Positions 62,892 through 64,000 of a stretch of 64,000 nt of DNA are shown here, piece after piece. Numbering within the stretch: position 1 is the stretch's first letter; the number at the start of each line of letters is the position of its first letter. The notes beneath the pieces were generated by a model. The model was not told the DNA's origin. It searched no databases and worked only from the letters and a program-made list of their open reading frames with translations. Location of the stretch: positions 33,118,304 through 33,182,303 of the forward strand of contig NC_092671.1 in the NCBI RefSeq assembly GCF_964355755.1, in the 5' to 3' direction. A program made the translations under genes and the position numbers. Source of the DNA: Antedon mediterranea. Lineage: Eukaryota; Animalia; Echinodermata.

Positions 62892-64000
62892 TTTTAGCAG
62901 AAGTTATGCTGATATTAAATGATCCATTCTATTTTGGATAGCAAAAGTTATGCTGATACCAATAATCCATTATATTATGGATAGCAGAAATTAGGCAGAT
63001 ATCAAATGATCCATTCTATTTTAGATAGCAAAAGTTATGATGATATTAAATGATCCATTCTTTTTTGGATAGCAGAAGTTAGGCTGATATCAAATAGTTC
63101 ATTCTATTTTGGATAGCAGAAGTTACGCTGATATCAAATAGTCCATTCTATTTTGGATAGCAGAAGTTATACTGATACCAATAGTCCATTATATAATAGA
63201 TAGCAGAAGTTATGCTGATATTACATGATCCATTCTATTTTGGATAGCAGACGTTATGCTGATATTAAATGATCCATTCTATTTTGGATAGAAAAAGTTA
63301 TGCTGATATTAAATTATCCATTCTATTTTGGATAGCAGAAGTTATGCTGATATCAAATGATCCATTCTATTATAGATAGAAGAAGTTATGCTAATATTAC
63401 ATGATCCATTCTATTTTGGATAGCAGAATTTATGCTGATATTAAATGATCCATTCTATTTTGGATAGCAAAAGTTATGCTGATACCAATAATCCATTATA
63501 TTATGGATAGCAGAAATTAGGCAGATATCAAATGATCCATTCTATTTTAGATAGCAAAAGTTATGATGATATTAAATGATCCATTCTTTTTTGGATAGCA
63601 GAAGTTAGGCTGATATCAAATAGTTCATTCTATTTTGGATAGCAGAAGTTACGCTGATATCAAATAGTCCATTCTATTTTGGATAGCAGAAGTTATGCTG
63701 ATACCAATAGTCCATTATATAATAGATAGCAGAAGTTATGCTGATATTACATGATCCATTCTATTTTGGATAGCAGACGTTATGCTGATATTAAATGATC
63801 CATTCTATTTTGGATAGAAAAAGTTATGCTGATATTAAATGATCCATTCTATTTTGGATAGCAGAAGTTATGCTGATATCAAATGATCCATTCTATTATA
63901 GATAGAAGAAGTTATGCTAATATTACATGATCCATTCTATTTTGGATAGCAGAATTTATGCTGATATTAAATGATCCATTCTATTTTGGATAGCAGAAGT
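62892..64000. repeat. 44-bp satellite with a 526-bp (12-mer) higher-order repeat, running off the window
   Basis: Unit ttggatagcagaagttatgctgatattaaatgatccattctatt; variant blocks recur at 62941/63467 and 63195/63721. Confidence 0.95.

Overview
AT-rich animal genomic DNA with spliceosomal introns; an invertebrate, plausibly an echinoderm (inference from motif and TE content only). Positions 1041-16282 hold the last seven coding exons of PIG-A (GPI GlcNAc-transferase catalytic subunit, + strand); its 5' exons lie upstream of the window. The ~9.7 kb last intron holds an antisense CR1/L2-group LINE split in frame at a TT site by a head-to-tail array of Helentron-type non-autonomous elements (HINEs), a patchwork of inverted templated fragments, and a P-like DNA element. 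The remaining ~47 kb has no confidently identified host CDS, only candidate exons. It is rich in TEs: two more HINE families, a Kolobok with a KolX/P2X7-ballast-like remnant, RTE and R4/Dong LINE fragments, a solo LTR, MITEs and tRNA-derived SINEs, plus satellites with higher-order structure. Strongest signals: (i) over-represented TA-x-TA words (TAGGCCTA, TACAGTA/TACTGTA, TACCGTA/TACGGTA), two of which appear as 5-bp insertions relative to paralogous copies, as expected of transposon excision footprints; (ii) HINE families sharing an internal core under different termini, one enclosing a LINE fragment. No prokaryotic genes or CRISPR array. All coordinates and counts were read by eye.
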